A stretch of DNA of 64,000 nucleotides from contig CBDCJV010000002.1 in assembly GCA_965217895.1 (NCBI GenBank), positions 1,952,001 through 2,016,000 on the forward strand, given 5' to 3'. Shown one piece after another: positions 20,247-31,700 of the stretch; positions within the stretch are counted from its first letter, which is position 1, and every line of letters starts with the position of its first letter. The notes below the pieces were generated by a model. It saw only the letters and a program-made list of their open reading frames with translations, was not told the origin of the DNA and did not search any database. The position numbers and the translations under genes are program-made. Source of the DNA: Waterburya sp. (GTDB lineage: Bacteria; Cyanobacteriota; Cyanobacteriia; Cyanobacteriales; Xenococcaceae).

Positions 20247-21402
20247 AAAATCTCTGAGGAGAAAGGCATTGCTTTTCTCCTACAGTTCATTGTTGGTATT
20301 ATTACTGGTTATTCTGGTAGGCTGTCAAACATCGCCTCCTAATCTCAAATCTAAACCTGAACCTGAAAGTACAGAGAAGACTAGATTAGATACTCAGTTA
20401 GTTTTAAACAACGCCATTTTAGAGCAGTCTAATAAGCAAGAAAATACAGTCTGGAAAATTAGGGCTGATACTATTACCTACAGTGAAGACAAAGAGATCG
20501 CTAACTTAAGTCAGGTTGTAGGCAATTTATTACAAGATGGCAAAATAATCTTGCAAATTAGTGCCAAGAGTGGAGAAGTTCAAGATCATGGCAACGTCAT
20601 AGTTTTAAAAGAAGATGTAATTGCCAGCGATCCCCGCAACCAAAGCACCATTGAAAGTAATATTGTAGAATGGCGACCTCAAGAAAATGTGTTATTGATC
20701 GAAGACAGTTTAAAAGGTATCGATTCTAATTTAGAAGTTACTGCTAAATCAGGCAAGTATTTTACTGACCGTGAAAGCTTAGAAATACAGGGTAATGTTG
20801 TCGCTACGACGAATAAACCTGCCTTGCAGTTAACCAGCGATCGCCTGACCTGGAATATTGCTCAAAACCAGCTCAAAAGTCCTGGCGCGGTCGAAATAGT
20901 AGGTTTCGACCAAGGTGAAACCGTTACCGATAAATTAGTGAGCGATCGCGCTGAAGTTAATTTAACTCAAAACATTGCTACTTTATACAACAATATTGAA
21001 TTTATATCGCTTCAGCCAAAATTACAGGCTGCTACCAATTTTTTAACCTGGGATTATCAAAAGCGTGTCGGCAAAACGGATAAACCAATTGAGATTTTAA
21101 ACCGCGATCGCCAAATTAGCCTTACAGGTAACACGGGCGAAATTGACCTTCAGCAGCAGATAGCTAAATTACAGGATGGAGTGCGGGGAATTAATCAGCA
21201 AAAGCAATCAGAATTGTATGCTCGTCAATTAACCTGGAAAATAGATACAGAAGAAATTACCGCGACCGATAATGTGATTTACGAGCAAACAGATCCAAAA
21301 GCCAGATTAGCGGGAGAAAAAGCAGTAGGTACTTTGAGCAACAACAACATCGTCGTCACCAGCGATGGCAAAAAACAAGTTACTTCAGTTATCGATAACT
21401 GA
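20239..21402 (+). CDS. lptC: LPS export periplasmic lipoprotein LptC (cyanobacterial, multi-repeat)
   Basis: Lipobox LVGC, repeated beta-jellyroll segments; metG-NYN-lptC synteny; ATG 20239 preferred over ORF-track start 20197. Confidence 0.85.
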   Translation: MNRKSLRRKALLFSYSSLLVLLLVILVGCQTSPPNLKSKPEPESTEKTRLDTQLVLNNAILEQSNKQENTVWKIRADTITYSEDKEIANLSQVVGNLLQDGKIILQISAKSGEVQDHGNVIVLKEDVIASDPRNQSTIESNIVEWRPQENVLLIEDSLKGIDSNLEVTAKSGKYFTDRESLEIQGNVVATTNKPALQLTSDRLTWNIAQNQLKSPGAVEIVGFDQGETVTDKLVSDRAEVNLTQNIATLYNNIEFISLQPKLQAATNFLTWDYQKRVGKTDKPIEILNRDRQISLTGNTGEIDLQQQIAKLQDGVRGINQQKQSELYARQLTWKIDTEEITATDNVIYEQTDPKARLAGEKAVGTLSNNNIVVTSDGKKQVTSVIDN

Positions 21403-21445
21403 GTCATTTTGAATTTATATTGAATTTTGTAATTTGAATTAATTA

Positions 21446-23737
21446 ATGGAATTGCCAGAAAAAAAGATTAGAAAGAAGACAAAGAACACTAATACTGTCA
21501 AAGGGATAGAGCATTCCTGGGCAATTACCGTAGTGTTTAGCCTATTTTTTATTTCGGGCTTTACGGCACTGCTTTATCAGGTGACTTGGCAGCGGATGTT
21601 GGGATTATTTTCTGGTTCGGATGTTCGCTCAGTGACGGTGGTAATTGCTTCATATTTACTCGGATTAGGATTGGGAAATCTAATCAGTAGTTATAATTGC
21701 GATCGCCTTAATAATCGACAGTGTGTTCAAGTTTATGGCTTGTGTAATTTGGGCATTGCTATTTTTGCTGTTTTAAGCCGTTTCTTATTTTATGACCTGC
21801 TATTTCTCAGGTTGCAATATTTAGCTCAATCTGGTCTATTGATGCTAGCGATCGTGTTTGTAAGCCTTTTGATACCCACTACCTTAATGGGTTTATCTCT
21901 GCCTTTGTTATCTAAAGCAATCAATAGTGGTGTAGAAAAGGCAGCTTCTCGGATTGGTTGGCTATACGGCGTAAATACTTTGGGTTCGGGATTAGGTACT
22001 TTAGTTTCTGGCTGGTATCTAGTTGGAACTTTTGGCTATGAAAAAACGGTGTATTTAGGGGCGATATTTAGTAGTTTAGTTTGTTTGACTGCCCTAATTA
22101 TTGCTCGACAATTTAAAAATACAAATCTTAGTCGGCAAAAAGATACGGCGGTTTCTACTTCTCAACAAAAGCAGCAAGAATCTATCCGAGAATGGTATTT
22201 ACTGGTTTTTCTTTCAGGTTTTACGGCGATCTCTTGGGAAATTATTTGGTTTCGGGTTTTAGATATTGCCTTACAGTCAAATGCCTATACTTACGGTCAT
22301 TTATTAGCTTTTATACTAGTTAGTAATGGTTTGGGAAGTATGCTGGGGTCAAAAACAATCCAGCATATTCGTCGCCCCAAAAAAGCGTTTTTATTAATTC
22401 AAGGAACGGTAGCGATTTACTCGGCGATCGCTATTTGGGCGACCGCTCTTGTTTGGCAAACTTATCCTAATTTACGCTCAGATGGTGGCTATATCAACCT
22501 CGATCGTATTGATTTTCCTTTAGTTTTCAAATATTTAATTGTACCTTCGGTGATGATGATAGTGCCTAATTTGCTGCTGGGCTTTTATTTTCCTTTGGTA
22601 CAAAAGGCAGTTCAAAGTCAAGAACAGTCTATCGGCAAACGAGTTGGTTCAATTTTGGTTGCCAATATTCTTGGTAACGTCACGGGAAGTCTATTAACGG
22701 GTTTGGTTTTATTAAATTTATTAGGAACTTCAGGATCGATTAAATTGCTTTGCTGTCTGGGGTTAGGTTTTCTTGTGGCAATTCGTCCTCGCTGGATTCA
22801 AGCTAAATTAACCACTATTTTGGCAGTTATTGCTCTGGCGGTAATTATTACTTTCCCTCAAAACAGCCAGTTTTGGGCAGCCTTACAAGGAATCAACAAA
22901 GATGCTTATTTTATTGTGGCAGAAGATTCTACCAGCGTCGCTGCCATCACCCAAGCAAACAAAAAAGGACGACTATTTGCCAGTGGACAGGTGCAGGCTA
23001 ATTTTCCCTATCTGCACATTCATGGGCTTTTAGGAAGCATTCCTGCTTTGCTTCATCCCCATCCCACCAACGTCATGATTATTGGACTGGGTTCGGGAGG
23101 AACACCTCATAGCATCGGTGCCAATCCTCTGACTAAGCAAATTAAAGTTGTTGAACTTTTGGGTGCAGAGTTAACCGTACTCAAAAAATATGCTCAAACC
23201 CCTGTAGGCAAACCTCTAAAAAACTTATTTGCCGATCCTCGTTACCAAATTGTTGTTGGTGATGGACGTAGAGAATTAGCCCTCTCAGACCAAAAGTTTG
23301 ACATTATTGAAGCCGACGCGATTCAGCCCTGGCGATCGCGTGCGGGAATGCTTTATTCCCAAGAATTTTTTCGAGAAGTACGGGCAAAACTCAAGCCAGG
23401 CGGTTTTTTCGTGGAGTGGAACGTTGGTTCGGGTACACAGAAAACTATGCTTAGTGTATTTCCTCACGTTACCAATGTTGGTCTTGGCAAAAGCAAAAAT
23501 CTTTGGATTTTGATTGGTAGCGATCGCCCTGTTGAATTTGACCGACAGAAGCTACTTAGCAAGCTAGATTTACCGCCAGTCATTAATTTTCTCTCAGAAA
23601 AAGTAGGTCTTGATGTGGCAAAAGTTCGTCAAGATGTCAAAACAGCCCAAGTACAAATGTATTCTCAGACATCAAAAGGTATACCCAAGAAGGTAAATAC
23701 AGATTTATTTCCTAGAGGCGAATATTATCTCAATTGA
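21446..23737 (+). CDS. Fused MFS-like membrane domain / spermidine-synthase-like protein
   Basis: SGFTALLYQVTW, PTTLMG, IIGLGSGG SAM motif, DGR, DIIEAD. Confidence 0.88.
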   Translation: MELPEKKIRKKTKNTNTVKGIEHSWAITVVFSLFFISGFTALLYQVTWQRMLGLFSGSDVRSVTVVIASYLLGLGLGNLISSYNCDRLNNRQCVQVYGLCNLGIAIFAVLSRFLFYDLLFLRLQYLAQSGLLMLAIVFVSLLIPTTLMGLSLPLLSKAINSGVEKAASRIGWLYGVNTLGSGLGTLVSGWYLVGTFGYEKTVYLGAIFSSLVCLTALIIARQFKNTNLSRQKDTAVSTSQQKQQESIREWYLLVFLSGFTAISWEIIWFRVLDIALQSNAYTYGHLLAFILVSNGLGSMLGSKTIQHIRRPKKAFLLIQGTVAIYSAIAIWATALVWQTYPNLRSDGGYINLDRIDFPLVFKYLIVPSVMMIVPNLLLGFYFPLVQKAVQSQEQSIGKRVGSILVANILGNVTGSLLTGLVLLNLLGTSGSIKLLCCLGLGFLVAIRPRWIQAKLTTILAVIALAVIITFPQNSQFWAALQGINKDAYFIVAEDSTSVAAITQANKKGRLFASGQVQANFPYLHIHGLLGSIPALLHPHPTNVMIIGLGSGGTPHSIGANPLTKQIKVVELLGAELTVLKKYAQTPVGKPLKNLFADPRYQIVVGDGRRELALSDQKFDIIEADAIQPWRSRAGMLYSQEFFREVRAKLKPGGFFVEWNVGSGTQKTMLSVFPHVTNVGLGKSKNLWILIGSDRPVEFDRQKLLSKLDLPPVINFLSEKVGLDVAKVRQDVKTAQVQMYSQTSKGIPKKVNTDLFPRGEYYLN

Positions 23738-23870
23738 TCTGGCTAAATTACGCTTACTGTGAATTAGCTTTGTTTTGATTTACTGGTTTTAAGCTATCAG
23801 CTATTAGCTTTTAGCTTTTTAAACATCTGTAATTTCTTGATTAATTCAGCCAGTACTCAAATTTCTTCGA

Positions 23871-24959
23871 TCATTGCCACTGGCTACGAATGCGATCGAC
23901 TGCTTCCATAATTTTGAGAGTTTCATTTAAAGGCATAACTTCACTTTCTAATTGCCCATTTTGAAGACAGTTCATGACTTCTAATGCTTCATAGTTATAA
24001 CCATTCCCTGTCATAGGTTCGACTGTTGTTTGGTCAGACACAAGCAGGCTGGAAATAAACATATACCCGCGCTTAATTAGTCTGTTTTGTTTGGCAGCAG
24101 CAACCAACCTCTGTTTAAAACTGAGAGGTGTCAAAGGAGAAGGATAAGATTGAGTCAATTGAGAAAACTTGCTGACAGATATTTTTTCAGGTTTAATAAA
24201 GAGTTCATGAATAACAATCTTGCCCTTTGTACCCATAATTACCGCTTGATTAGAACTATAGGTACAAAGGGATTGAGATAAGGTAGCTAGTTTCCCTTGA
24301 GGATAATTTAATAAAATTGTAGACTGTTCATCTACACCAGAAGGAGCGATCGCCCCCTGAGCAACTATTTGTGAAGGCTCTCCAAAAAGATAATAAGCTA
24401 AAGACAGTCCATAAACACCGCGATCTAATAATGCTCCACCCCCAACTTCTGGCTTAAAAAAGCGACTGTCAGAATCGTAGGCAAAAGGATAGCCAAAATC
24501 AGCACTTAGCAGCTTAAGATCGCCTATTTCCCCTGACTCAATTTTTCTTTTTACTGTTTGGATCAGAGGCATAAAACGCATCCACATTGCTTCCATGCAG
24601 AACAGCTTTTGGCTGCGCGCCACTTGAATTATCTCTTGTGTCTCTTGGGCATTAAGAGCAAAGGGCTTTTCACAAAGAACGGGCTTGCCAGCTTTTAAAG
24701 CTAAAATACACAAATCTTTGTGGGTATGATTTGGGGTAGCAACATAAACAACATCAAGATCGGGGTCATTGACTAATTGTTCATAGCTTTTATAAGCTCG
24801 TGGTAGAGCAAATATTTGCGCAAAAGCTTGAGCTTTTTTCTCTTTTCTCGAAGCTACACCCAATAATTGTGCATTTGGGACAGATTCTAATCCTTTGGCA
24901 AATTCTCCTGCTATAAAACCTGTACCTAATATTCCCCAGCGTATAAATTGTGATGACAT
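23871..24959 (-). CDS. Gfo/Idh/MocA oxidoreductase
   Basis: WGILGTGFIA, CEKP, EAMWMRF, GGALLD. Confidence 0.92.
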   Translation of the reverse strand: MSSQFIRWGILGTGFIAGEFAKGLESVPNAQLLGVASRKEKKAQAFAQIFALPRAYKSYEQLVNDPDLDVVYVATPNHTHKDLCILALKAGKPVLCEKPFALNAQETQEIIQVARSQKLFCMEAMWMRFMPLIQTVKRKIESGEIGDLKLLSADFGYPFAYDSDSRFFKPEVGGGALLDRGVYGLSLAYYLFGEPSQIVAQGAIAPSGVDEQSTILLNYPQGKLATLSQSLCTYSSNQAVIMGTKGKIVIHELFIKPEKISVSKFSQLTQSYPSPLTPLSFKQRLVAAAKQNRLIKRGYMFISSLLVSDQTTVEPMTGNGYNYEALEVMNCLQNGQLESEVMPLNETLKIMEAVDRIRSQWQ

Positions 24960-25013
24960 TACTCAGATTTAAATTGCTTTCTTGAAAAAACGGTTTCTTG
25001 AAAAAATGCTGGT

Positions 25014-26156
25014 TTATTTAGCCCAGGACATAGGTTCAATCGGTTCAAAAGAAGACTTGATTTGATAAGTGCCATTGGTTTGTCTAGCATTATGTATTGC
25101 CAAAGTTAACTCATTAACATGAAGAGAATATCGAGCCGAAAGGCGACAGGGACGATTCTCTCTAGCTGCATCGACCATTTCGACGATGCCTCTAGCGAAA
25201 TCCATTTGAAAAGCAGCGCGATAGTTGAATTTTTTGAATTGTTGATTTTTAAGCTTGTATTTCTGCTTAATAGGACTTATAAATCTTTTGCGTCGCAGAT
25301 TAAACATTCGTCTGATATGCACAGGAGAATTATAAAACCAGCAATCTTGAATGCTGATTATTCCGTCCTCGCCAAAAATTCGCAAACTATGGTCGTGAGG
25401 GGCAATAATACTACAGGTCAACCTAGCCACTACTCCTGAAGCAAATTTGATGCAGGCTACAGAGAAATCAGGGGAGTCTATCTCTAAAGCTATATCTGTT
25501 TCCTTATCTTTAATTTGAGTAGAACCAAAGGCGGTAACGCTTTCGGCTCTGCCAAAAAAGGCAGGCAACCAAGAAAGATAGTAACCAGCGTGTTCTAGGG
25601 TGCAGCCTACTTCAAATTCGTCTATGTATGGCCAAGGAATACCCGACTCACTAACCCAAGATTTGTAGGGCATCTTATGAATCAATCCATCATCCATTTC
25701 AGCATAAACCAAGTAAACTTTCCCTACTACTTCTTCTCGTAGTGCCTTCCACATTGTTTGTGCGGCTTGGCTTAAAAGATTGCACGGGGCTGAGGCTAAA
25801 TATAGTCCTTGTTGCTCGGCGAAATCAACTAATTTTTCTGCTTGCTCCATTTCCATTGCTAAAGGTTTTTCTGAGTAAACGTGCTTATTCGCCTTTAGAC
25901 AAGCAAGAGTTATTTCATAGTGACTTTTGGGGTTTGTCAAATTGACAACCAGCGTTACATCTTGGTCTTCAAGTAATTCTTCTAGTGAGGTATAAATGGG
26001 AACGCGATGGTATTGAGCAAAATTTTCCGCTCTTGTTTTCTTCCAATCATATACTCCCGCTATTTTTAATTCTGAATAGCTTTGCAAGGTTTTTAAGTAG
26101 TAATCAGCTACAAAACCGCATCCAATAATGGCAATTTTAGTATCAGGCATTTTCAA
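25014..26156 (-). CDS. Gfo/Idh/MocA oxidoreductase
   Basis: IIGCGFVA, SEKP. Confidence 0.9.
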   Translation of the reverse strand: MKMPDTKIAIIGCGFVADYYLKTLQSYSELKIAGVYDWKKTRAENFAQYHRVPIYTSLEELLEDQDVTLVVNLTNPKSHYEITLACLKANKHVYSEKPLAMEMEQAEKLVDFAEQQGLYLASAPCNLLSQAAQTMWKALREEVVGKVYLVYAEMDDGLIHKMPYKSWVSESGIPWPYIDEFEVGCTLEHAGYYLSWLPAFFGRAESVTAFGSTQIKDKETDIALEIDSPDFSVACIKFASGVVARLTCSIIAPHDHSLRIFGEDGIISIQDCWFYNSPVHIRRMFNLRRKRFISPIKQKYKLKNQQFKKFNYRAAFQMDFARGIVEMVDAARENRPCRLSARYSLHVNELTLAIHNARQTNGTYQIKSSFEPIEPMSWAK

Positions 26157-26429
26157 GTTAGTTTCAATCTTGAGCCTGATTTTAACTTACAATTGAGCTA
26201 ATTAGTTCACAATTATAAAAGCGATGCTAATGTCTCATACAATGCTCTTTTGATGCTAATTTTTAGAAATTACATTACTAAATTTAGGCGTATCAATCTT
26301 AGCTCAATTTTTAGTGGTGTATTATCTCGCTCTAATCTGCATAAAAACATATTTAACTCATAAGAGCTTTAGACAATCAGGTAAAATAATCAGTGATCGC
26401 AAATTTTAAAATTTTAAAGGAGATATTCA

Positions 26430-26525
26430 ATGGGTGGCGTAATTGCTTTTGTATTAATTATTGGTTTGTATACAGGAATTGCTTTAGGTCTATACTTTGG
26501 TTTACGCAAATTTAAAATTATTTAA
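26430..26525 (+). CDS. petL: Cytochrome b6f subunit 6
   Basis: AGGAG RBS; MGGVIAFVLIIGLYTGIALGLYFGLRKFKII, 31 aa single TM with typical LYFGL-x-x-x-K-x-I end; missed by ORF track. Confidence 0.88.
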   Translation: MGGVIAFVLIIGLYTGIALGLYFGLRKFKII

Positions 26526-26710
26526 TCTACTCATCAACTGATACAGTCAAAGCATTGCCAATCATGACGATGCTTTGAAATTTAGCTTTAATTCTCTGAT
26601 TATGACAATTTCTGTTATTTAAACGGCACAATAAACATATATGAGACTTAATGGTAATAACAGCAATGCTAGTTATTTAACCAAAACAATTGAATCAGAG
26701 GTAAGTTAGA

Positions 26711-27487
26711 TTGGACGAATCATATCAAGACTATATCAACCGAGTTGCTAGGTTAACTTTACCCAGTGCTTGTTCGATGCAATTACAAACTGTTCAACAC
26801 TCTCCCAAGTTTATCGACGGCAAGCCAGTATCATTTCCTGGGTATAGTGTAATTACTCCTCCTGCGAAAGAAGATACAGCCAACGAAGGTTTTTATAAGC
26901 AGGTAGAAAACCTACAGCAGCAATTATCTCAGCAATTAGAGCCTGGCTTTTTTATTCCCTTGCCGTCAACAAGTTTTCATTTTACTTTGGCAGACTTAGT
27001 TTGGGATGATAATTATCGGCAGATAGCAGCAGCAAATCCTAGTTTTGATCGAGAGTTACGCCATCAGGTTGCTATTAGTTTTGAGCAGTATAAAGATTCT
27101 ATATCGGCTCATCAATCTCTTTCATGGCAATTATGGGGAATTATTACCAGACCTAGAGCAATTATGGCTTGTCTAGTCCCTAAAGACCAAGAGAGCTATC
27201 AGTTGGTAGTTAAATTGCGTCGTTCTCTTTATCAGAATGCAGGGTTAATTGGTTTAGGAATTGAACAGCAGTACGACTTAACGGCTCATATTACTTTAGG
27301 GTACTTTGGTGATATACCTTCTAGTTTAAACCGCGATCGCCTTTGTATTGTTCTATCGCAAATTAACGATCGCCTAGTGGAAAGTGAACTACCCGAATTT
27401 GTGATTGAACAGGCGCAACTACGCAAGTTTGAAGACATGGTTCATTATCATCGTGAACCTGATTGGGCTGCCGTTCAATTCAATTAA
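26711..27487 (+). CDS. DUF1868 / 2H phosphoesterase-like protein
   Basis: FHFTL and AHITL 2H motifs; FPGYSVITPP. Confidence 0.8.
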   Translation: MDESYQDYINRVARLTLPSACSMQLQTVQHSPKFIDGKPVSFPGYSVITPPAKEDTANEGFYKQVENLQQQLSQQLEPGFFIPLPSTSFHFTLADLVWDDNYRQIAAANPSFDRELRHQVAISFEQYKDSISAHQSLSWQLWGIITRPRAIMACLVPKDQESYQLVVKLRRSLYQNAGLIGLGIEQQYDLTAHITLGYFGDIPSSLNRDRLCIVLSQINDRLVESELPEFVIEQAQLRKFEDMVHYHREPDWAAVQFN

Positions 27488-27542
27488 CAATGAACAATTA
27501 AGTGTATTAAATGATGTTTTTAATAGTTGAGCAATATCAGCT

Positions 27543-28178
27543 TTGAATCATAGTGAGTTAAATCATCCAATTGTTGAACAAAGTTTTGCCATCATAGACA
27601 AGGAGGTAGGAGAGCATAATCTTAGTCTAGAAGAATATGCGATCGCCCGTCGGGTAATTCATGCTACTGCGGACTTTGAATATTTGAACCTGTTGCAGTT
27701 TAGTCCCAAGGCGATCGCTTCTGGTATCTCAGCACTGAGGTCAGGTGTGCCAATTGTGACAGATGTGACGATGGTGCAGCGGGGAATTGCTAGTTTGGTG
27801 GCAAAAACTTTTAAAAACCCAGTTATTGCTGCTATAGAACAGGTGCAGATAGCCGAATCAGAAAAAACTCGCACCGAAACAGGCTTGCTTAAATGTTGGT
27901 CAAAATATCCCCAGGCTGTGTATGTTATCGGCAATGCGCCCACTGCTCTTTTTGCTCTTTGTCAACAGATTGCTAATTCTGCCTCAAAAACGAGACCAGC
28001 ATTAGTTATCGGTGTTCCTGTAGGCTTTGTCTCGGTAATTGAATCTAAACAAGCCCTAACAGAGATAAACGTACCGCAAATTTTAATAAAAGGTAGAAAA
28101 GGAGGCTCTCCCGCAGCAGCTTCTATTTTAAATGCGTTATTGATCTTAGCATCTGATCAAAAAAGATCTAGGCTTTAG
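27543..28178 (+). CDS. cobH: Precorrin-8X methylmutase
   Basis: RRVIHATAD, GNAPTAL, PVGFV, GRKGGS. Confidence 0.95.
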   Translation: MNHSELNHPIVEQSFAIIDKEVGEHNLSLEEYAIARRVIHATADFEYLNLLQFSPKAIASGISALRSGVPIVTDVTMVQRGIASLVAKTFKNPVIAAIEQVQIAESEKTRTETGLLKCWSKYPQAVYVIGNAPTALFALCQQIANSASKTRPALVIGVPVGFVSVIESKQALTEINVPQILIKGRKGGSPAAASILNALLILASDQKRSRL

Positions 28179-28342
28179 CGATCGCCCCAGACGATCTAAT
28201 TTCTAAATCACAATCATGTCATTTGGACGAGCATTCTTTAATATTTCATTTAGATTCAGACGACTCAGTGAAGCTACACTAAAAGTGTCGGCAAAAAATA
28301 TTTCGCATCCATGCGAATGTATAGTATCAAGCTGTAAATCTA

Positions 28343-28493
28343 ATACTAAATCCGATTGGAAAAAGCATCTTAAGTATTAAGTTAGTTGTTCGTAGTTTGT
28401 AGTTCGTATCCCAAAAAACTACAAACGACTAACTACCTACTACCTACTTCTTAATCCAACAGTTAAGTAACCTATACCAACAGGATTTAGTAT
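28343..28493. mobile_element. MITE-like element with internal heptamer repeats
   Basis: Terminal IR ATACTAAATCC(gattgg)/(ccaaca)GGATTTAGTAT; internal TCGTAGT/AACTAC-type repeats. Confidence 0.65.
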
Positions 28494-28532
28494 AATTATC
28501 CCATTTCTACTCAGGCACTCAGTAAAGACATA

Positions 28533-29576
28533 ATGACACTTCAAACAATAAAAAAATCAGACAATTCTAAAGTTCTCTTGGGCAAATCTTTGGCTGAGTT
28601 AACCGCTTGGGTAGAAGAACAGGGGCAACCTGCCTATAGGGGAAAGCAGCTATACCAATGGTTATACCAAAAAGAAGCGCGATCGCTTTCAGATATTTCT
28701 GTATTCCCTAAAAAATGGCGCGAAGAGATGGCAGACTATCCTCTGGGACGCTCTACAATTCACTATCGTAGTGTTGCTGCCGATGCTACCCGTAAATATC
28801 TCTTGCGTCTTGGAGATGGGTTAATTATCGAAGCAGTAGGAATACCCACTGCTAAACGTTTGACGGTGTGTGTTTCTTCTCAGGTTGGTTGTCCAATGGA
28901 CTGTGATTTTTGCGCCACAGGTAAAGGCGGTTTTACTCGCAATCTCAAGGCTTATGAAATCGTCGATCAGGTGCTGACGGTACAAGAAGATTTCCAACAA
29001 AGAGTAAGTAACGTAGTATTTATGGGTATGGGAGAACCTATGGCAAATATTGAGGAGGTTGTGGCTGCGGTTAGATCTCTTAACCAAGATGTAGGAATTG
29101 GAGCGCGATCGCTTACTGTGTCAACAGTGGGTATTCCTGGTAAAATCCAACAGTTAGCTCAACATCAACTACAGATTGTGCTGGCGGTCAGTCTTCATGC
29201 CTCAAATCAAGCTTTGCGAGAACAATTAATCCCTAGTGCTAAAAAATACACTCTAAATAACCTATTGGATGAATGTCGCGATTATGTTCAGGTTACAGGT
29301 AGAAGAGTAACCTTTGAATATGTTCTACTAGCGGGAGTTAATGACCTATCAGAAAATGCCAGGGAATTGGTTCAGTGTCTCAGAGGCTTCCAAGCCCACG
29401 TCAACCTGATTCCCTATAATCCCATTTCTGAAGTTGATTATCAAAGACCAGATAAACGCCGTATTCAAGCATTTACTGATATTCTAGAAGAGGCAAATAT
29501 AGCCGTCAGCGTTCGCTATTCTCGTGGCTTGGAAGCAGATGCAGCCTGCGGACAGCTAAGAGCCTCAAAAATTTAG
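28533..29576 (+). CDS. rlmN: 23S rRNA m2A2503 methyltransferase
   Basis: [27 protein letters not shown]. Confidence 0.97.
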   Translation: MTLQTIKKSDNSKVLLGKSLAELTAWVEEQGQPAYRGKQLYQWLYQKEARSLSDISVFPKKWREEMADYPLGRSTIHYRSVAADATRKYLLRLGDGLIIEAVGIPTAKRLTVCVSSQVGCPMDCDFCATGKGGFTRNLKAYEIVDQVLTVQEDFQQRVSNVVFMGMGEPMANIEEVVAAVRSLNQDVGIGARSLTVSTVGIPGKIQQLAQHQLQIVLAVSLHASNQALREQLIPSAKKYTLNNLLDECRDYVQVTGRRVTFEYVLLAGVNDLSENARELVQCLRGFQAHVNLIPYNPISEVDYQRPDKRRIQAFTDILEEANIAVSVRYSRGLEADAACGQLRASKI

Positions 29577-29773
29577 GCTGAAACAGAAACAGAAGAATTG
29601 ACGCGGTGACATTTGACACCTGGAGCGTAAGCTTCAATCACTTTGCCAGTTTTAGCGCATTGAACTAGCAAATAGTCACAGCTACGACAAGAAATGCGCT
29701 TGATAGAATCGTTTATACTTTTTATAGCGCGATCGCCACAGTTAGAGCAAGGAATTATTTGTGTCTTAGTCAT
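29573..29773 (-). CDS. Small cyanobacterial zinc-ribbon protein
   Basis: [22 protein letters not shown]. Confidence 0.7.
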   Translation of the reverse strand: MTKTQIIPCSNCGDRAIKSINDSIKRISCRSCDYLLVQCAKTGKVIEAYAPGVKCHRVNSSVSVSA

Positions 29774-30061
29774 TTTTACTTCCCAGAACCTTGAGACTTA
29801 AATAATCAAGTCCTGAATTCTGTTTGCAGGTAAAGCTTTAATTTTAGTTTATATTGATAAGTATAATTACTTTTTAAGTATTTCTTTTCAGTCTTTAGAT
29901 ATATCTTATATCTTCCAACATCGATCCCTGATGACTCTAGGTCTAATTCAATCTGTATGTTCTGTCTAAAAAGTATTTTTAGCTAATTTTCAAATATTAA
30001 TTATAAAAACATAATTTATCTTCACTCTTTTCTAAGCCTTCATTTTTTTTCGCCATTATGC

Positions 30062-30325
30062 TATAGCGTTTCTCGTATTAACGAGGTACACCTTAGTTTT
30101 GACTGGAGACTAGTTCTTTCCTAATCCCCGATCCCTAATCCCTAAAAGCAATCAATTCTGTATCTTATTAGTGGCGTTGCTGAATGTGTAATGCTAAAAG
30201 TATATTTAGCTTATTTATTAAGTAGTGATGATTTATTCAAAGCTTAGAGCTTACAGCTACGAACAGTCATCTTTTGTATGACATTATTTAATCAGCAACG
30301 CCTTATTAGTTTGAGAACCGCTATA
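30062..30325. mobile_element. Outer MITE (TATAGCG.. ends) carrying a nested MITE
   Basis: Left end TATAGCGTTTCTC..GAGGTACA; right end TGTATC[TTATTAGT]TTGAGAACCGCTATA after removing the inner element. Confidence 0.75.
30173..30302. mobile_element. 130-bp MITE with 8-bp target duplication
   Basis: TIR GGCGTTGCTGA/TCAGCAACGCC flanked by TTATTAGT at 30165-30172 and 30303-30310. Confidence 0.88.
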
Positions 30326-30378
30326 AATAATGATTTAATTTTAGAAAACAATTCTTTTGCTTTATGTGGCAATAATCT

Positions 30379-31212
30379 ATGCAAGTTGAATGGCAGACAG
30401 TTAAAAGTTACGAAGATATTTTCTATCACAAGTGGAACGGTATTGCCAAAATCACTATTAATCGTCCTCACAAGCGCAATGCGTTTCGACCCAAAACTAT
30501 ATTTGAAATGTATGATGCTTTTATCGACGCTCGCGAAGACAATACTGTAGGGGTAGTTTTATTAACAGGTGCTGGACCTCATACAGACGGTAAATATGCT
30601 TTTTGTGCTGGTGGCGATCAAAGCATTAGGGGAAAAGCAGGATACATAGACGAACAAGGTACACCAAGATTAAATGTCTTAGACTTACAGCGTTTGATTC
30701 GCTCATTACCCAAAGTAACCATCGCTTTAGTAGCTGGTTATGCGATCGGTGGAGGTCATGTACTTCATGTATTATGCGACTTAACTATTGCAGCAGATAA
30801 TGCCATTTTTGGGCAAACTGGGCCAAAAGTAGGCAGTTTTGACGGTGGATTTGGCTCTAGCTATCTAGCCAGAATTGTCGGTCAAAAAAAAGCCAGAGAA
30901 ATTTGGTTTTTGTGTCGCCAATATAACGCTACAGAAGCTGAGGAAATGGGGTTAGTTAACTGCGTCGTGCCGATAGATCGTTTGGAAGCCGAGGGAATTA
31001 AGTGGTCACAAGAGATTTTAGCCAAAAGTCCTATCGCCATTCGCTGTCTTAAAGCTGCTTTTAATGCCGACTGTGACGGACAAGCAGGTTTACAAGAATT
31101 GGCTGGCAACGCTACTATGCTCTACTACATGACAGAAGAAGGAGCAGAAGGAAAACAAGCCTTCTTAGAAAAGCGATCGCCAAATTTTCAACAGTATCCT
31201 TGGCTACCTTAA
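30379..31212 (+). CDS. menB: 1,4-dihydroxy-2-naphthoyl-CoA synthase
   Basis: [22 protein letters not shown]. Confidence 0.97.
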   Translation: MQVEWQTVKSYEDIFYHKWNGIAKITINRPHKRNAFRPKTIFEMYDAFIDAREDNTVGVVLLTGAGPHTDGKYAFCAGGDQSIRGKAGYIDEQGTPRLNVLDLQRLIRSLPKVTIALVAGYAIGGGHVLHVLCDLTIAADNAIFGQTGPKVGSFDGGFGSSYLARIVGQKKAREIWFLCRQYNATEAEEMGLVNCVVPIDRLEAEGIKWSQEILAKSPIAIRCLKAAFNADCDGQAGLQELAGNATMLYYMTEEGAEGKQAFLEKRSPNFQQYPWLP

Positions 31213-31256
31213 AAAACAAAGATACAAAATTCTGGCATTTTCCAACTGTTATTGAT

Positions 31257-31297
31257 CAAAAAAAGCGCGTCCCTATAATCTTAGGGCGCACTTTTTA
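31257..31297. terminator. Bidirectional intrinsic terminator
   Basis: A-tract, GCGCGTCCCTA/TAGGGCGCAC imperfect stem, T-tract between convergent genes. Confidence 0.7.
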
Positions 31298-31340
31298 AAT
31301 AGGCAAAAAAATATGAATATACCAAATTGCCAAGTTCTAA

Positions 31341-31700
31341 TTAACTCAAAGCTTCATCTTTATTTTTTACAAATCGTGTCCTGCGCGTAGCTGCAATCTC
31401 GATTTCGGATATGTTCGAGGTCAATTGGCTGGTTAATTTTGGTTCTATAGAAGTAGAATACTGAAAAATATCTTCTAATTTTTTTAAAGTTGTTTCAAAA
31501 GGATGAGAGGCTAATGTACAAGCTTTCCAACTGCCTTGAACAGGTACTCCCAACCTCTGGCAAGAACCACCTCTACGACCTTCTGGTTTATAAGAGCGAC
31601 AGAAGCGACAGGCTGAAGTTGAAAAATTTATTTCTTCCATTAGGTTATGTAGGACTCGGTTTAATTCCATTCCGTTACTTCTATTTTGTGCTTTCTTCAT
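31341..31700 (-). CDS. Conserved cyanobacterial Cys-rich hypothetical protein
   Basis: SACRFCRSYKPEGRRGGSC..LGVPVQGSWKAC. Confidence 0.75.
   Translation of the reverse strand: MKKAQNRSNGMELNRVLHNLMEEINFSTSACRFCRSYKPEGRRGGSCQRLGVPVQGSWKACTLASHPFETTLKKLEDIFQYSTSIEPKLTSQLTSNISEIEIAATRRTRFVKNKDEALS

Noticed and set aside
30278..30550. 90-aa ORF overlapping menB
   Set aside because: Starts within a MITE and is out of frame with menB; no recognisable motif.
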